Source: Bdellovibrionota bacterium (GTDB lineage Bacteria > Bdellovibrionota_C > UBA2361 > JAFLCA01). From it: a stretch of 64,000 bases of DNA. Location: positions 435,556 to 499,555 of the forward strand of contig CP129486.1 in the NCBI GenBank assembly GCA_030584005.1. The letters run 5' to 3'. Both the position numbers and the translations under genes were made by a program. Position 1 is the stretch's first letter, and every line of letters begins with the position of its first letter. The notes beneath the pieces are model-generated. The model saw only the letters and a list, made by a program, of their open reading frames with translations. It ran no database searches and was not told the origin of the DNA. Shown one piece after another: positions 62,404-64,000 of the stretch.

Positions 62404-64000
62404 GCTGTTTGGCAAAGCGCCTTAGTCCCTTCCTCCTGTTGCTCTGCACCCTCGGAGTGATCGTTCGATCCGCGGCCCTCCATGGGCAAGTGCTTGATCC
62501 ATTCGATCCTTTCGATATCCCCCAACTCTTGGATCCATCTCAGAACGATGAGGAGAAATCCCCGGACGAACTCGTTCTAGAAGCAGCCTTCCTGATGGAG
62601 GATAAGCGGCTTTTGGATGCACGCACCAAACTGTTGAAAGCGCTCCGCAAGGACCCTGCACATCTGCGCGCACACTTGATGCTGGGCGGCTACTATCTGG
62701 TGCATGTAGGGCACTTTCGACTGGCACTGCGCTATGTCACACGAGCCCAGGAAATATTCGTGGAACAGAATGGCCCTCCTCCCTACACCGATACTATTCT
62801 TAAGAGCGAACACTCCCACATTCTCTACTTGCTCTCGCAGATTAATCTTGACCTAGACAAATACGAAGAAGCGCTCAAGCTGCTCGACGAATACAGCTCA
62901 TGGGGCTATTACGCGACCTGGTATCCCGCCTCCCGCGCGTGGATACTTATGAAGCTTGGCAAGCTCGACGAGGCTATCCGGGTTGCCAGGCTTGGTCTGC
63001 TGGCGGGTGCAGATTTTGGGAGGACCGTTAATATTCTCGGAATACTGCTGTCCATGAACGGCAATTCAAAGGAAGCCCTTGATATCTTCCGCCAAGCTAT
63101 CGAGTACGAATTCTCTCAGGGCATTCAAGGGCAGCCTGCAACGCCCCTGAATAATTCCGGAGAGGTCTATAAGGAAGCATTCCTGGAAGAGAAAGCGGAA
63201 AGCTCCTGGCTGCGTGCTACCAGTCTGCCTGATGGATGCGAGCATGTATTGCCCAGCTTGAACCTCGCCCTACTCTACATCGAACAGCTCAATTTAAGCG
63301 GTGCAACCCAGGCTATGAACAACTTTGAGAGTTGTGTGGCACAGTACCCATTGAGAAATGGTGAGGAGCACCGCGCGCTTGTTAAACTCGCTCGTGGACG
63401 GATCGCGCTCCTGTCAGGACATATAGGAACAGCGCTGGACGCACTGAATGATGCCTTGGCCCGCCGGCAGTGGTTCGGGAAAATAGGCACGAATCAGGAG
63501 GATCTTGAAGCAGCAATTCTTGTATCATTGGCCCAGGCCAATCGAGCAATGGCGAATCTACTCGATCAGCGCGCGACTTCGGGACCTCTCGAAACACTCC
63601 AGCACATGCTGCAATCGGCCCATCACCGCCTTGCCGCCTGGTGGTATCGCCGGAGAGCGCGCCAGGTCTTAATGGGACGACTGAACGATTTTGAAGATCT
63701 TGAAATTCGAAATACCGACAGCTTGCTGGAGTATCCCACGCTCGGCGAGTTACTGCGTGACATTCCCTCCTCCCATTTAAGTCAGCGTATAGGAGATATG
63801 CTCATACGAGACAAACGGCCGGAGGCGGCGGTGGTCTATCGAAGCTACCTCGCCGAGAATCTAATGGCTGGGGGAGATCGGGCCAAAGGGATTGAGCTCT
63901 TTGGTAATGTGATGGCTTCGTTGCGACCCCGTTTTGATGACCTTCTCAGAGTGCATCTATTGCTCACTCGCTTGGAGATGCTTAGCCCAACCTCTGCCGA
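62400..64000 (+). CDS. secreted TPR-repeat protein, 3-prime end beyond window
   Basis: ATG overlaps upstream stop (ATGA); signal peptide MSCLAKRLSPFLLLLCTLGVIVRSAAL; uninterrupted frame to window end; not in ORF table because no stop is reached. Confidence 0.65.
   Translation, partial: MSCLAKRLSPFLLLLCTLGVIVRSAALHGQVLDPFDPFDIPQLLDPSQNDEEKSPDELVLEAAFLMEDKRLLDARTKLLKALRKDPAHLRAHLMLGGYYLVHVGHFRLALRYVTRAQEIFVEQNGPPPYTDTILKSEHSHILYLLSQINLDLDKYEEALKLLDEYSSWGYYATWYPASRAWILMKLGKLDEAIRVARLGLLAGADFGRTVNILGILLSMNGNSKEALDIFRQAIEYEFSQGIQGQPATPLNNSGEVYKEAFLEEKAESSWLRATSLPDGCEHVLPSLNLALLYIEQLNLSGATQAMNNFESCVAQYPLRNGEEHRALVKLARGRIALLSGHIGTALDALNDALARRQWFGKIGTNQEDLEAAILVSLAQANRAMANLLDQRATSGPLETLQHMLQSAHHRLAAWWYRRRARQVLMGRLNDFEDLEIRNTDSLLEYPTLGELLRDIPSSHLSQRIGDMLIRDKRPEAAVVYRSYLAENLMAGGDRAKGIELFGNVMASLRPRFDDLLRVHLLLTRLEMLSPTSA

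Overview
This 64-kb window comes from a Gram-negative-type bacterium (it carries lpxB and a PEP-CTERM protein; GC roughly 55-58%; I could not identify the taxon). Reading by eye, with all coordinates approximate to a few nt for RNA ends and repeat boundaries, the contents in order are:
(1) 1-10.7 kb: a polysaccharide/O-antigen-type locus: an AsnB-like fragment running in from the window edge, a deacetylase-like protein, a DegT aminotransferase, a SAM methyltransferase, a FemAB-like acyltransferase, a formyltransferase, and Wzy-like and Wzx-like membrane proteins.
(2) 10.76-24.79 kb: two near-identical 1184-bp IS3-family copies in inverted orientation (10760-11943 and 23608-24791). They bracket an 11.7-kb segment holding a truncated GMC oxidoreductase remnant, a capD-like gene, galU, a LOG-family gene, rnhB-yraN, pepT and a MASE1/PAS hybrid histidine kinase.
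(3) 25.0-28.5 kb: pheT-pheS.
(4) 28.8-36.9 kb: a minus-strand rRNA operon 16S-ITS-23S-5S with a terminator. The 23S gene is ~4.8 kb because it carries two group-I-type introns, each encoding a LAGLIDADG homing endonuclease (insertion sites equivalent to E. coli 1931 and ~2262), plus an extra ~185-nt hairpin insertion in domain I. The ITS has no tRNA but has a 3x46-nt tandem repeat.
(5) 37.7-39.5 kb: lpxB-folK.
(6) 39.8-46.4 kb: a 4.1-kb island bounded by 1.2-kb direct repeats, each carrying a PEP-CTERM-type secreted protein gene (one copy decayed). The island holds an XRE/DUF5753-like regulator in a tight three-gene operon with two unassigned proteins, and an excisionase-like HTH gene frameshifted in an A6 run.
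(7) ~43.9-54.2 kb: a tract where many genes are multiply frameshifted (folP, a quinone oxidoreductase, pgi, a two-domain LOG-like gene). It is centred on a tRNA-Arg(CCG) followed by seven 103-bp tandem repeats that each re-create the tRNA 3-prime end.
(8) 52-64 kb: a methyltransferase, pssA, a degenerate UvrA-like protein lacking a Walker A motif, a LuxR-type response regulator, and a DUF58 / transglutaminase-like / TPR cluster running off the window end.
The candidates most worth a second look are the intron-laden 23S gene, the direct-repeat-bounded island operon, and the tRNA-linked tandem repeat array.
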